Source: Lama guanicoe | Taxonomy: Eukaryota | Reading direction: 5' to 3' | DNA length: 64,000 nt | NCBI GenBank assembly: GCA_013239625.1 | Contig: MU054212.1 | Coordinates: 6,856,270 to 6,920,269 of the forward strand | Made by a program: the position numbers and the translations under genes | Notes under the pieces: model-generated | Told to the model about the DNA's origin: nothing | Seen by the model: the letters and a program-made list of their open reading frames with translations, nothing else | The model's database searches: none | In this document: positions 26,831 through 39,651 of the stretch, piece after piece | Layout of the letters: each line of letters starts with the position of its first letter | Numbering within the stretch: position 1 is the first letter of the stretch

Positions 26831-29800
26831 TATATTTGAGCAAAATTGGGTGAGTCAATTGAGTGCACTGGTTTTTTTTGGCCCCTTTAGGACTGTTAGA
26901 TTATTGTTTCCTATGACTTGTGAATTAGGCTTTCCTAGACTGTATTAAGCATTCTGTTATCTCTTGACTTTAAAGTATTACTATGTAAATAACGAAAAAT
27001 ATCCATGTATTTAGTATCCCATTGATGCACAGCACCATACAAAACACAACATTCCAAACACCAGTGTTTCAGTAGCATGTGACCCTATGCAGATGTTTTA
27101 CACCACTGATATCATACCATCAAGTCTCCAGTCTCCACGTAGTCTTTCAGCACATCTCTGCCAGTTTAGGGCACTGTCCTGGTAGCTTTGCATGTAGTGA
27201 TGTTCTGATGTTACTAAAGCAGGCAGGCATCGGTACTGAGACTGATTCATAGAATGTGCATGGGACAGACTTTAGAATGAACCAGACAGGGAGGTTCCAA
27301 GTCTCTTTGTGAACACTGCTGCTTCAAAAGCATTCCCTTTGATTCGTGAGAATTAACATGGTGAGCACAAGATGCTTAAAATATATGCCACTTCTCTAAC
27401 AATGTAACAGACTCAGAGAAAACATGTACTTATTTACGTGCATCACCTACTGTGTGCAGAGAGGCATTATTGTACTGCTGCTCCCTTAAAATCTATACAC
27501 CAATTACTACAGAAAATGAGAATTTTCCCCAGTGTTTCCAAGGAACAAGTCTGTGAGAATGATATGTGTCGATACCCTGAAGCCTCAAAGGAACAAATAA
27601 CTGTTTTAACTCTCCCAGGACCCACTTCCTTGTCTGTGCTGCCATGGAAACCAGTCTCTTGTCCAACTCAAGTTCTCCGATAATTAGTCTTGAACATTCT
27701 TGATATTTAAATGAATAAATCAGTCCTCTGCACCAAGGGTGTTACATGCCTCAAACTCTATGTATTATCATGTTTGACAAAATGCTCTCTATCCACTAAT
27801 TTATTTAAAAATACTTATTGAGCAGCTGGTATACACAAAGCATTATGGGGGACACTGTGAGATGTCAAACAGCACCTTTAGGACTCTGGTAAAAGCCTAC
27901 CACATGCCAGCTGACCAGTCAAACCTGTCACTGCCAGACGCCAGGAGATGCTGTCTTAAGCTGTCCCACCGCAGCATTCACATAAACGACCACACACAGA
28001 ACTCCTTTGCCTTGGCTCCCCCACAGGGTTACAAATTTAGCTACCATTGATTTACTCAAAAGTTTACTAATGGACACAACAACGTCACATCTCAGAACTC
28101 AGAAAACACCCAGTGGGGATCCATGAGCGCTCTGTATTAGCCCTGCTTTCCCTTATTATGTTTTGACTCTGTTCAGTGTATACATTTGACCAGGAATTAT
28201 TGACACCAGCATGAAAAAAATACACAATTTCAGGGCCGAAGGAGCTTGCAATCAGATAGGGGAATTGAGGCATTCACAAAGCTAACTACATCAGAATACA
28301 TTAAACATAAGGAAGGATAGAAGACATATCCAAATAATGAGAGCAGCTCCATGAGAGAGCAGTTCCAGTGAAAGTGCCAAGCAAAGTTTCAAGGAAGAGT
28401 CAGTTTTTGAATAGATTCTGAAGGTATTTCATATACAGGGCGCTGTGTGTGTTCTTGGCAGGGGAAGTCTGGCTTAGAAACACAGATGCTTGTTAAATAT
28501 TACAAAGTACCTGATAACTGTGGGTATGTGTTTATTCTTTTAAAAAAGGAACATTTATCACCATGTTGCCTGTAATTTTTCTCCTATAACTACTCAATGG
28601 CTTTAGGGATCACTAAATATAAATGCCACTTTTTTTATTAGCTATTACATTTTTATTTGATCCAGTTTTCTTTAATATAATTGTATGTCCCTTCAATGTA
28701 TTTGGCATAACTGATTAGAGAAACAAATTAAGTAATAAGAAAATGAAAGTAAAAATCAGTGTCATGCAATCTACAGCCCAATATATTTTTCCAAGTTAAA
28801 ATATATGATTTAAACAAATATATTACATATATGTCCTCAGTAGGTGATAGTTACAGTACTAATAATTTCCTTAAATTTATTTTTTCTTTATTAAATAAAC
28901 TTTAACATTTAATCCTGAATACATGAGTTTAATAATGTGTCCTCTAATACTGTTTAAGATTGTTAAACAGACACATATTTGCATAGTATTTCCTTTTTAA
29001 ACATTGCTACACATTATCATAATTTAATTCTATTTCAATTATCAATATTTTAAAATATATTTTAAAGTCTGCTACTCTTTTCACAATTTTGTATGAACAA
29101 CTTCTTCATGTGTACTTCCTGATGTGAAAAGTTTAAGATTTAGAAAGGTTTCCTATTTACTCACATTTTAATGATATACATTTCTACTTCACTGGAGGAA
29201 AAGGCTGATCAGTCACAGAAAGGTCAGTTAACACTAAATAGACCCTTTCTTTATGTAATTACAAAGAATAATTTCTTTGTGCTGATGGCACTGCACATGG
29301 AGTGGGTGATGCAGAGAATTAATGTGCTGCCTTGTTGGCCCATGGGATAGAGATTCCAATACAATAACCACAACTTATTCTAATTATGCAGCTTTAAAAG
29401 GTCATCAGCAAAAAGAGTTAAGGAATTACCAACTAACTTTATCATAAAGTAAAAATGCATTGCATAAATGCAGAAAGTGTAAGAACAGTATCTTGAAACT
29501 TTACTGCAAATGAAAGACAGATTGATCTAAAGGGTTTCAGCTCATATATTATGGCATAAATTAAACTCATTGAGAAAATACGTGCTATTTTATAATTTCC
29601 TATTGATGTAGTCAGGTAACCTGATTTCACCTTACATTTGTAGAAAATGTTTAATTTTGAAAATGCTGTTTATATTTAATGACAATTTCATTGCCACATT
29701 CATGTTACAGTATAAATTCTGGTACAATTTAAATATTTCTTTTAAAAAATCCATTTGTTATAAAATAATGCATGCTGATTATATTACACACAATGAGAGA

Positions 29801-29843
29801 GTGGTATGTGAAATAGAAAATTAAAAAGCCCCTCTGCAGCAAT

Positions 29844-30473
29844 CAGTCATTTTTTAATTGAAGTAGAGTTGATTTACAACGTTGGGTTAGTTTCTGGTAT
29901 ACAGCATAGTGATTCAGTAATATATATATATTCTTTTTCACTATAGGATTACTACTATATATTGAATGTAGTTCCCTGTGCTATACATTATAACCTTGTT
30001 GCTAATATATTTTATGTATAATAGTGCGTATTTGCAAATTCCAACTCCTGATTCATCCCTCCCCACTTTTCCCTTTGGTAACCATAGGTTTGTTTTCCAT
30101 GTCTGTGAATCTTGTTTGGTTTAGTAAACAAGTTCATTTGTATCATTTTTTAGATTCCACAAGTAAGTGGCATCACATGATATGTGTCTTTCTCATATAT
30201 ATATCACATCTTCTTTATCCATTCATCTGTTGACGGACACTTAGTTTGCTTCCGTGTCTTGGCTACTGTAAATAGTGTTGCTACAACATTGTGGTGCATA
30301 TGTCTCTTTGAATTAGAGTTTTCTCCAGCTCTATGCCCAGGAGTGGGGCTGCTGGATCATATGGGAACTATTAATTGACCATAGGTGTGTGGGTTTATTT
30401 CTAGGCTCTCTATTCTGTTTCAGTGATCCGTATGTCTCTTTTTATACCAATACCACACACTACAGTCATTTTT
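29844..30473 (-). mobile_element. 5'-truncated, internally deleted L1 with 11-bp target-site duplication
   Basis: L1 3' end 'ttaattgaagtagagttgatttacaac'. TSD cagtcattttt at 29844-29854 and 30463-30473. Confidence 0.9.
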
Positions 30474-31193
30474 ATACCCCAGAGATAGTATTAACAATTT
30501 GGTGCAAATCATTAAGAAACAGAAATTAAAGAAAAAAAATCTTACAATGACAATGAGGACACAAAGACCAGGAAAGTCAAATTCTTGTCCAAGGTCACGT
30601 AAGAGGAATGCAGCAATAAGGCCAGGATCCAGTTTGGTTTCAGCCTAATTTCTGTTCAGGGACTATGTCACCTCCTAACCTTGAATGTGAATTACAGGGC
30701 CCATAAGATTCTAGACTGATACCTGTAAATGCTCTAATTTCTGAATACTCTATAGAATCACACCAGTCTTTTGAAATAAACTGGATGCTCATAGAGAAAA
30801 GAGTCTTTTAAAATAAAAAATATATATGCCTCAGTGTCTTTTCCATGGGAACACAGGGTTAGTTAGGCCCACTGACACAGAGGTGCCAAATATGCACAGT
30901 ACAGTAAATAATTTGCAGTCTAATAAAATATCCTATGGATAGAATTATCTCCAATGCTTTTTCTCTTCTGTTCCTCTCAGTTAGATAGTCCCCTTACTGA
31001 GAAATAAAAGATCACAAGCATCTCTAATTGCCTGATGTTGTCCACACTGGGGCGCTGCCCAAACACTGTGAAGATTCTCAAGAAGAAACAAGATTTAAAA
31101 TACCTAAGGCAAGGTTCTGTAGAGACTCATTCTTGAGACATGTCTAGTCTACAAAATAACTGCATCCCAGCATGGGAAAATCACATTCTAGAC

Positions 31194-31415
31194 CGGGGAT
31201 CATGGAACTGTGACCGTCCAGGCAAATCCAGCCCACTGCCGGCTTTTGTAAATAAATGTTATCCGAGCACTGACACACACGTTCGTTTACATATTGTCCA
31301 TGGCGTTTCTACTCTGCAGAGGCAGAGTTAACTAGCTGCAATACACACTAAATGGACCCCAAAGCCTAATCTATTTATTATCTTTCCCTTTATACATAAG
31401 GTTTGCTGACCCCTG
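31194..31415 (+). mobile_element. MER58A (hAT-Charlie), full length
   Basis: 'aaatccagcccactgccggcttttgtaaataaa...gtttgctgacccctg'. Flanked by an imperfect 8-bp TSD, ttctagac / ctttagac. Confidence 0.9.
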
Positions 31416-32146
31416 CTTTAGACTCTAAATTAACATATAAGTATTCTGCAAAACAAAGTTCCAATTTAGATTGCCTACTCAAGATCTATTTGGGCTGTAG
31501 TTACACCTACACATAGAGAAAGGCTGTAGAAAAGCATTTGCTTTATTTTTCTAGCAGAGGCACATACGAAGGAGCCATAGCCAATTAATAGCTCAAAAAT
31601 GTCTCCAAGTTCTTAAAAAATAATGAGATGCTCATAAACCTTTTAAATACTCCCAAAACAGACACAATAACATTGCAGAGTTGTCAGACCTATTAAGATA
31701 CCATAAATAACGCCTCGATTTATTTCCCCTACACCTTTTAAAATTAAATGTAGTTTACGTAGGTCTTGCATTATAGGAAGCCAGGAGTCTGTTACTTTTT
31801 CTACTCCAGCAACCTCTGTTTTAGGGATGTGGGATTAACTTTATGTTGCCAAGTGGAAGCTTAATTTTGCAGGGGACATAGGTGTCCATTCCTTTGCAGA
31901 ACTGCTAAATAAAATGAGGTAGTCACCCACCATGAAAGACTGTAAAGTTATCAGAAGAAATGCACTAGGTATACAACACAGCAATAGAGGATGATCTTTA
32001 AAATATGATGCCCAAGTGGAAAAGATACCGAATGATAAATATCATATAATTTAGCACATGAGGGGAAGTACCAATAAGAGTTAGAGAGACACAAGAATTA
32101 GGAGTTAAGGGTGAGGGACAAAATAAATTGAGTTGATATTCTGGCA

Positions 32147-32238
32147 GGGGAGGGTATAGCTTAGTGGTAGAACGCATGCTTAGCATGCACGAGGTCCTGA
32201 GTTCGATCCCCAGTATCCCCATTAAAATAAAAAAAAAG
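32147..32238 (+). mobile_element. tRNA-Ala(AGC)-derived SINE (camelid vic-1-like)
   Basis: GGGGAGGGTATAGCTTAGTGGTAGA (A box), ttAGCat anticodon loop, GAGTTCGATCC (B box), A-rich tail. TSD gagttgatatt at 32130-32140 and 32240-32250. Confidence 0.9.
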
Positions 32239-33629
32239 AGAGTTGATATTTTGAGGATATGTAAGTTCTTTGTAGTCAGCAATGACACTCTTACAATGAT
32301 TAGGTGGGTTGGGTTCTTAGATCTTCCCGGTTTTTCCAGGGGTTTAATGAAAAATGCTTAAAATAAGATAAATCAAACATCTAACAATACTGGAAACACA
32401 CTTCTGCGATAATAGGTTCCCCAGGGGCCACAACCCTAAGATTTATTCTGTATATCATCGAGTTATGGTCAGAGTAAATGAAGGCATGAAGAAGTCTGTC
32501 ATGACAATTATGTACCAAATTCATGGTTGTTTCTCTCTATGCCTTTTTTCTCCTCTCGTCTTTGCTTTTCCTCAACTTATTTATGCCTCTTTTCTTTCTC
32601 ATGCTTCCTCCTTGTTATCTTTGTGAAACACGAATTCATTCAACTCTCAAAGGTCTTCTTGCTGTCATGCTTTCCTCCTGAAGATACCATCTTCCCTTCC
32701 CACCATTTCCTCAACCTACTATCCTTTCCAAGTCACTTCTTTCTTTCTACATTATGGTATGAAATAGAAGTGTCTCAAAAAAGAAAAATATTTGGGAAAT
32801 ACTGAAGGATCCACTTATTTTTTCCCACAAAATAAAGACACTTCATGAAAATCTAATACAATAGAAGGAAGAGGATGAAATGTATATTGTGCAATTCAGC
32901 TTATGGCTGTCTTTTTGATGTTGTCTAGACACTAATTTGGATAGTGGTGGTAAAGAAAAATGAACAAAAACTTAAAACTTTTGGTCTACCTGGAAAAGGT
33001 GATTAGAAATATTTCTGTTTCTGTCAGCTTAGCAGGAAGGCAGAAAAGTGTCAATGTAATAAGTCTTCATAATTAAGTAAAGTATATGACAAATACAATT
33101 ATATTCTTACATACACAGAGATACACATACACAATGTTATATTTTTAATCTTTTGACAGATATGAGGGAAGCCAGAGACTTAAAAAAGGTAGAACAAACT
33201 GGAATCTCTTTAGGAGGTACGTCAGACACAGAAGGAATAAAGCTGGCATTTATAATACAGTATTCATTATTGTGAAGTAATTCCTAGTTCACTGATAGTG
33301 TATACTATATCTATCTATTGTAATGCAGTGAAACGTGTAAAGATGAACATTTTCAACTTTTCTTGGAAAACTGGAACCGATAAGGCACAGTCAGCATTAA
33401 AACACTGTACTATGTATGTATCTGTCACTGCAATTGCCATGTTTTATTATAGTTAATATCATTGTATTAATTTCTTCACTTCTGTGAACTTTTTGTACCT
33501 TATTAATTTTTACCTCAGTGCATAGTACTCTCTCAGTAAACATTACTGAGCACATGAAAAGGTGAGTGAAACTGAATAACACTCACACCTTGTTGAACAC
33601 TGAGGTACCTACACAGAAAAGATGGGTGG

Positions 33630-33927
33630 ACTCAACGTGAATGTTTTTTTATTTTCATTTAGTATCTATTTCTGCCAACTGTTCTTATATGAGTGGACTT
33701 TTCAGAGTATTATTCATGGATGCCATTTTACATGTTTTTTATTCTGCAGAGAAACATTTCACAATTAATTTTTACAACATAAAAACGTAGGAATTTATCC
33801 ATTTACATATTGACTGAAAAAAATAATAAGGTTTCCAGTTCTATAAATCCTAGTTCGCAGAAGCATTTCACTGTGTAATCTCTCTGTGTTGTACTCCGGG
33901 GTTTACTTGTCGCTTTTCCTTGGAAGA
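33630..33927 (-). other. Candidate terminal exon (possible coding part 33903-33927, (S)LPRKSDK*)
   Basis: Acceptor 'atttctgttag|tcttcc', non-repetitive sequence, followed by poly(A) signals. Alternative acceptors exist near 33978-33985. Confidence 0.4.
33648..33743 (-). terminator. Two candidate AATAAA polyadenylation signals
   Basis: TTTATT on + at 33648-33653 and 33738-33743. A U/GU-rich 'tcttttctgtgt' lies downstream of the distal signal and TGTA motifs lie upstream. Confidence 0.5.
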
Positions 33928-34739
33928 CTAACAGAAATCTAAACTACCCGCTTTGCTGCCTTTATACACTTTGCTAAGCTGTGTTCTCACAAATCAGGAG
34001 ATTAAAATAAAAAAGAAATAGTAAGACAGTTTCACACGAAATAACGATAGTTGATTTTTTTTCATTATAGAGGATCTTCACAGTAGCAGATGGGTGTGAG
34101 CACTTTACGGAAACAGAAAAGTAGTAAGTAAGAACAAAAGCAGCATTCAAATTACCAAAGACTTTTGAACAAAGTAATGATAAGTTTCCTGTGTACTTCA
34201 ATGACTTAAATAAGAAGCAGCAATATATGGTTTAAATCAAAACAACACTTTATACACTGCTCTCTTCAGATGAGATAGGCAAGGTTACTCAGTTTTACAG
34301 GATTCATCCTTTGTCCAAATTCGTAACAAGTGCCCTTCCCTAACCCTATACACTTGTCAATGTCAGGCCAATTTTTCTTCCTCATGAAAGTTTCTTCTTT
34401 AACTTTTTTCCAAAAAAAAAAAAATCAAGGAAGGAAAGAGGGAAGGAACGAAGGAAAGTGCAAGCCTCCTGGAATCAAATGCTATATCCACTCCAGACAT
34501 CTTCAGTGCCACTGAGTTACTAGCTTTCTTTGACCTCAGGGTAATGACTGACCTGAGGATAGCCCTTAAGTGGAAACCTGTTCATATGCAGTTAGGTACT
34601 GAAATTTAGACCCATGCAAATGGGGAAACTCATAAGCTTGATTTTGAATAAAACAATACTCATGGAAGCTATCTGCAGTCCATGCAGGCCATCCATTCTT
34701 CCAGGCATCTGGAGTCGTCAGCTGTTCAGAAGGTGTGTC

Positions 34740-35306
34740 CGTGGGGGTTCTCATGGCTAACTACTGAAGCTCCAATCCCAGGAACCTCTGAATTTGCTAC
34801 TACTCATGGCAAAGGGGGACTCTGCAGATGTAACTAAGGGCACAGATCTTAAAATAGAAAGATTACTAGATTATATAGGTGGGACTATCTAATCACATGA
34901 ATTCTTAAAACTTCAGAGGATGTGAAGGAAGCAGCAGGAGAAATCTGAAGTGTGAGAGAGACCTGAGACCCATCTCCTTTTCTCCTTTGAAGATGGAAGA
35001 AGGAGGTGACAAGCCAAGAAGTGCAGACGGTCTCTAGAAGGTGGAATGGCCCTCTGCCCACAGCCAGAAAGAAAACAGGGACCCAGCTCCCACAGCCACA
35101 AGGAACTAAGTTCTGTTGACAATCTAAAACAGATGCCTCTCTCCAGCCTCCAGAAGAGAACAATGGCCCTGCTGACAACTTGATTTTCATCCTGTGAGAC
35201 TCACTTAAGACTTCGGACATACAGAGCTCTAAGATAATAACTTAGTGTTATTTTAAGCTCCTAAATTTGCCGTGGTTTATTATGGCAGTAATATAAAGCT
35301 AATATA
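34740..35306 (+). mobile_element. MLT1D-like MaLR LTR
   Basis: 'catggcaaagggggactctgcagatgtaactaagg', 'cacaaggaactaagttctg', 'ctgctgacaacttgattttcatcctgtgagac', ending 'agctaatata'. Confidence 0.9.
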
Positions 35307-36330
35307 GTGACAAGTATCACATTAGGTACTAGGTTTGTCAAAATTAATAATATGTTGCATAAAAGCTAACAGCTTAACGATGGAAAAATTAAGCACTGCA
35401 GCTTTTTGCAACAAGCTTATTAATATATACATTTTAGAAACTATTAAATAATTCATTTATTTTGTATAAAACATGTGTTTCCTATCAGTATGTAAAGTAA
35501 CACAGCACATCAATAACAACTGGAAAATTAATTCCAATGTGATATAGATTGTGCCCTGAGCTCCCAACTAAATTTCTGCTTACGTTAACTGTAATAGATA
35601 GATAAAACTATCATCTCTATTTTGAAATAAATGTATTCATTCCACTTGATAATTTTTATTATATTTTAAAGGTCCATTATTATGTTAGAAAATTTTGATA
35701 GTCCTGTTTCTCCAAGATTAAATATAAACGTGAGTATATTATGAATGTCCTATTCTGTTAAGTACAGTTCTCTCTGGTTAATAACTTTTAAATGATTAAC
35801 TCATCTGCGGAAAGCTGAGCATGCAAATGCTTTTGAAAAAAATGTATGTTTGGAAAAATTCTGTTTGAATTAGTAAGAATTCAACTTATATATATTTTAA
35901 AAACCTTCTGTTAACAGACTATTTGTGGCTAGGGAAATTATAAAAAAACAAAACCAAAACACAGCAAATAAAAAAGACACCCCTGTCTGTTATCAGGGAC
36001 TTGTGTTTTATCCTTTTAAGTTCCTGGAGCTGTTCTGGGTTATTCCTGCACATTAACTGTAGAGCTGTACGTCTGGTGTGATAATAGCATAATAATGGGT
36101 TTGTTCTTCATTACAGTGGCAGCCAGGTCCAGCCTGCCCCCTCTTTCCACGTCAGATGCAGATACTACAAATAAGATTCAAATATGGCAACTGATGTAAT
36201 GCCCACATTATAAAATTTGATAGCCTAAGCAATTGTCGGGTGAATAATTTTTTTAAATTTCAGGAATATTAGCCAACAATTGCAAATATAAAGATTGCTG
36301 GGATTTCGAGATAATTGTACAGCTTTATAC

Positions 36331-36379
36331 CTATCGACATGATACAAGGAGAATAAACTTGTCAAAACTGCTAAAACAT
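36331..36379 (-). CDS. Candidate 49-nt internal exon, (D)VLAVLTSLFSLYHVD(S)
   Basis: 'attttgtcattcag|ATGTTT...GATAG|gtataa'. Only one frame is open across the whole exon. Gene not identified. Confidence 0.45.
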
Positions 36380-36574
36380 CTGAATGACAAAATACCTTTA
36401 AAGAAATGTTATTGTACTCTTTTAAATCCAGAATATATATTCAATATTCACCTTAATTCTATTTTATAAAAAATGCAAAATGTTTGCAATTGCTATATGT
36501 CCTTTATAAAATGGTTGTGGCAAATGTGTTTTCTATTCACTAAAGTCTGTATTTATTCCATTGCTTTGTTTTAA

Positions 36575-38600
36575 ACTTTTTGAGGGACAACATATATACA
36601 TAATTATGAGAACTGATACATTTTTATAAATGAGTACCCCTACAAAACCACCCTCTAGACGAAAATACAGAAAAAGTACCTTCACACCAGAGGATTCCCT
36701 CATGTCTATTCCCAGTCAATAACAAACACTACCAACACACAAGATTTGCTTGTTTTTGATCTTCATATAATTATAATTCCACATTGCATATTTTCCTGAG
36801 TCTAGCATCTTTTGCTCAGTAGTAATTGTTGAATTTATTCATATTGTGTGTGCAGCAATATTTCATTCATTATATTGCTACATATCATTCCCTTGTATGA
36901 ATAAACTGTAATTTATCCATTCTACTGCTAATGGATTTTTTTCAGGGGAACTATTATGACTAAAGCTGTTATTAACATTTTGTGCAAAACATTAACATAC
37001 TTTGGTGAACATGTGCACTCCTTCCTGACATCTGGGTTCAAATCATACATAGATAATGCTCAACTCTAACTAATGGAATCAATACGTTTAAAATGATGAT
37101 ACCAATTTACCTCCCCACCTGAGGTTTTTGAGAGTTCCTATTGGGCTACATTCTTATTTATACTTTCAAATTTGAACCCTTTAGAAAAGTGTGCAGAGTC
37201 AAGTCAAGGTGGTTTTAATGTGCATTTCTGTGATTATTCTGTGTACCTTCTCATACGTTTACTGCTCATTGGTATAGCCCCTTTCATGAAGTGATTTTCA
37301 AGTCATTTGCCAGTTTTTCTTAATTAGGTTGCCTGACATGATTGTTTTGTTAGAAGTTCCTCACTTATGGATGAGAGTACTTTGCTGGATATATGCATCA
37401 CAAGTACTTTTTTCTAAGCTGTGGCTTGTCTTTTCATCTTTAATGGTGTCTTTTGATGAATGAACGTTCTTAATTTTAAGAGTCCAGTTCATGAATTTTT
37501 TCTTTTATGGTTTATAGTTGTGTCCTATTTAAAAGAGCCCTGGCAACCCTGGAAAAAACTCAGATGTTCTCATATGCTTTTCTCTAGAAGCTTTATATAA
37601 CTTTCACATTTACTTCTCAACATAGGTGGGACTGATTTTTGTATACGTTGTGAAATAGAAGGTCAAAGTTCTTTTTTTTTTTAAATGTAGATATCCAATT
37701 GTTCGTGTACCACGTATTAATTCGGCACCAATCACTTTCCAATACAGTCTTTTACACTATTTTGGTGGCCACTTCTTATAAATCAAGAGGCCATGTTTAT
37801 AACCTAGGTCTGTTTCTGGAACCTCTGCTCTGTTTTATTGTTCATTTACCTATCTTTACATCAATAGCACATGTTCTCATAGCAAGGCCTTATCTAAGTG
37901 CCTATTGGGATGAACTCCTAACTTTGGCTCTCTTCAAATCTGTCTTCACTGCACTTGACCCTTTGCATTTCCTTATAGATTTTAGAACACTGATGCACCA
38001 ATTTCCAAAACCTCCACTTAAGTTGTAATTTTAATTCCACTATGTGTATAAGTTAATTTGGGAAGACTTTACATTCTTTAAACACTGAATTTTCAATTCA
38101 TAAACTTGGTAGATCATTCCATATATTTAGAACATCTTTGATTTTTTTTTTCCTCAGAACTGTTTTGTAGTTTTCTGTGGAGAATGCCTGTACATCTTAC
38201 GATGGCTATATACCTAGGCATGTTTACTTATTAAATCACAAAGAGTATCCATTTTAAGATTTTATTTTCTAGTTACTTGTGGCCAGTTTATGGGAATACA
38301 ATGAATTTTTATTTATTTTATATCCAGTGACTCCCTCAAATTCACAAATTAATTCTAGCAGTTATCTGTAGAGTCACTTGAGCTTTCTATGTACAAATAA
38401 TATCTTCCAATGACTGCTGCTTCTAATGCCATCTTTTATCATGTTAAACAAGTTATTTTCCATTTCTAGTTTGCTGAAAGTTATCATGAATAGCTTTTGA
38501 AATTTCACCAAAGGCTTTTCCTATATCTATTGATATTGTTATTTGATCTTTTTCTTCTTTTTACTGTTAATGGGTAAGTTATATTCAATGTTTTTAAGCT
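36575..38600 (-). mobile_element. Old L1 (L1MC/ME-like), ~2 kb
   Basis: 'aatttatccattctactgctaatgga', 'ggttttaatgtgcatttctgtgat', 'taatggtgtcttttgatgaa', 'cctttgcatttccttatagattttagaa'. Confidence 0.85.
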
Positions 38601-39625
38601 AAAAACTGGCTTGACTTTGGGAAGGTCAAACATCCCCTACCCAAATTTGCATGTTATTAGTTACATTTTCTCATTCTATTTTCCTCCATGGATTATAAAA
38701 TATAATCATTTATTTAAACACAATATGAGGACAGCAATGAGATCTAATAAGAAAAGCAGGTCAATATCTAATGTGTACTAGCTGTATATTTCTATTACCC
38801 TCCACTCATGAGAATAATAAAATTTGCCCCACCTGCCTAACATGGTGGTTACAAAGATAAAATAATGGACTGGAAGTAAAAATGCATGGTAAGCTACAAA
38901 GAAAGACCATTAATATAAAGTTCAAATGGTCAATTATCATTATATAGTTTATTAAGGTTCTATTTAATAAAATAACAATGAGATATGTAACTTGAATCTG
39001 CTTCCCTAGTACTTTAATTTTTCTTGAACGTTAAAGTAAGTTTTGTCTACTAATTTTCTACTCCCAAGCTATCCAAATCAAAACTAAACAAATGAAAATG
39101 TTTCAAATCAATGAATCTTTACCAAACTGTTGTATTTTAAACCTATCAAAGTACTTATACTGCTTTCATAAACTCATAAATAACATATCAAAATTTAGGG
39201 TGGATAACAAGCCTCATCCTTTTTGTTTGGATAAGAAAAAAAAAATCACAATTTTCATATGGCTTTAGTCTAAACATAGCTTCCTGGAGTGAACTCTCTG
39301 GCCTAACCACACTCAGATCAATGCAAGCACAGTCTGTTTCTCTCCCGTCTTCCACAGAGAGAAAACGGGCTGCTAACCAGATTCCCTGCCCAACTTTGTT
39401 AGATTACGTCGTATATTAAATTTCTTATTTTCAACCTTTGTGCTACCAAGGAAGAAAGAATGAGTGAAATAAAGTTCAAAATAGAAAGCTATATAATGGT
39501 ATCCCGTTTAAGCCTACTAATTACAATTACATTCAAAAGTTAGATTTCCTCTGAAAAAAAGTAGGTAATTTCTTTTTGGAGTTTTCTTTCTCCTTTAATT
39601 TCCAGCTATATAACTGCATATTCAC

Positions 39626-39651
39626 CTACTGGGTAGCCTGGTGATGGAATT
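39626..39651 (-). other. Candidate 26-nt microexon (alternative upstream acceptor at 39935 gives 310 nt)
   Basis: Long pyrimidine tract 'ttcttcactttctctttc...tcttctctcctag|AATTCC...CAGTAG|gtgaat'. Confidence 0.45.

Noticed and set aside
32147..32221. Functional tRNA-Ala gene
   Set aside because: The A-rich tail, TSD, extended 5' end and missing terminator mark it as a SINE.
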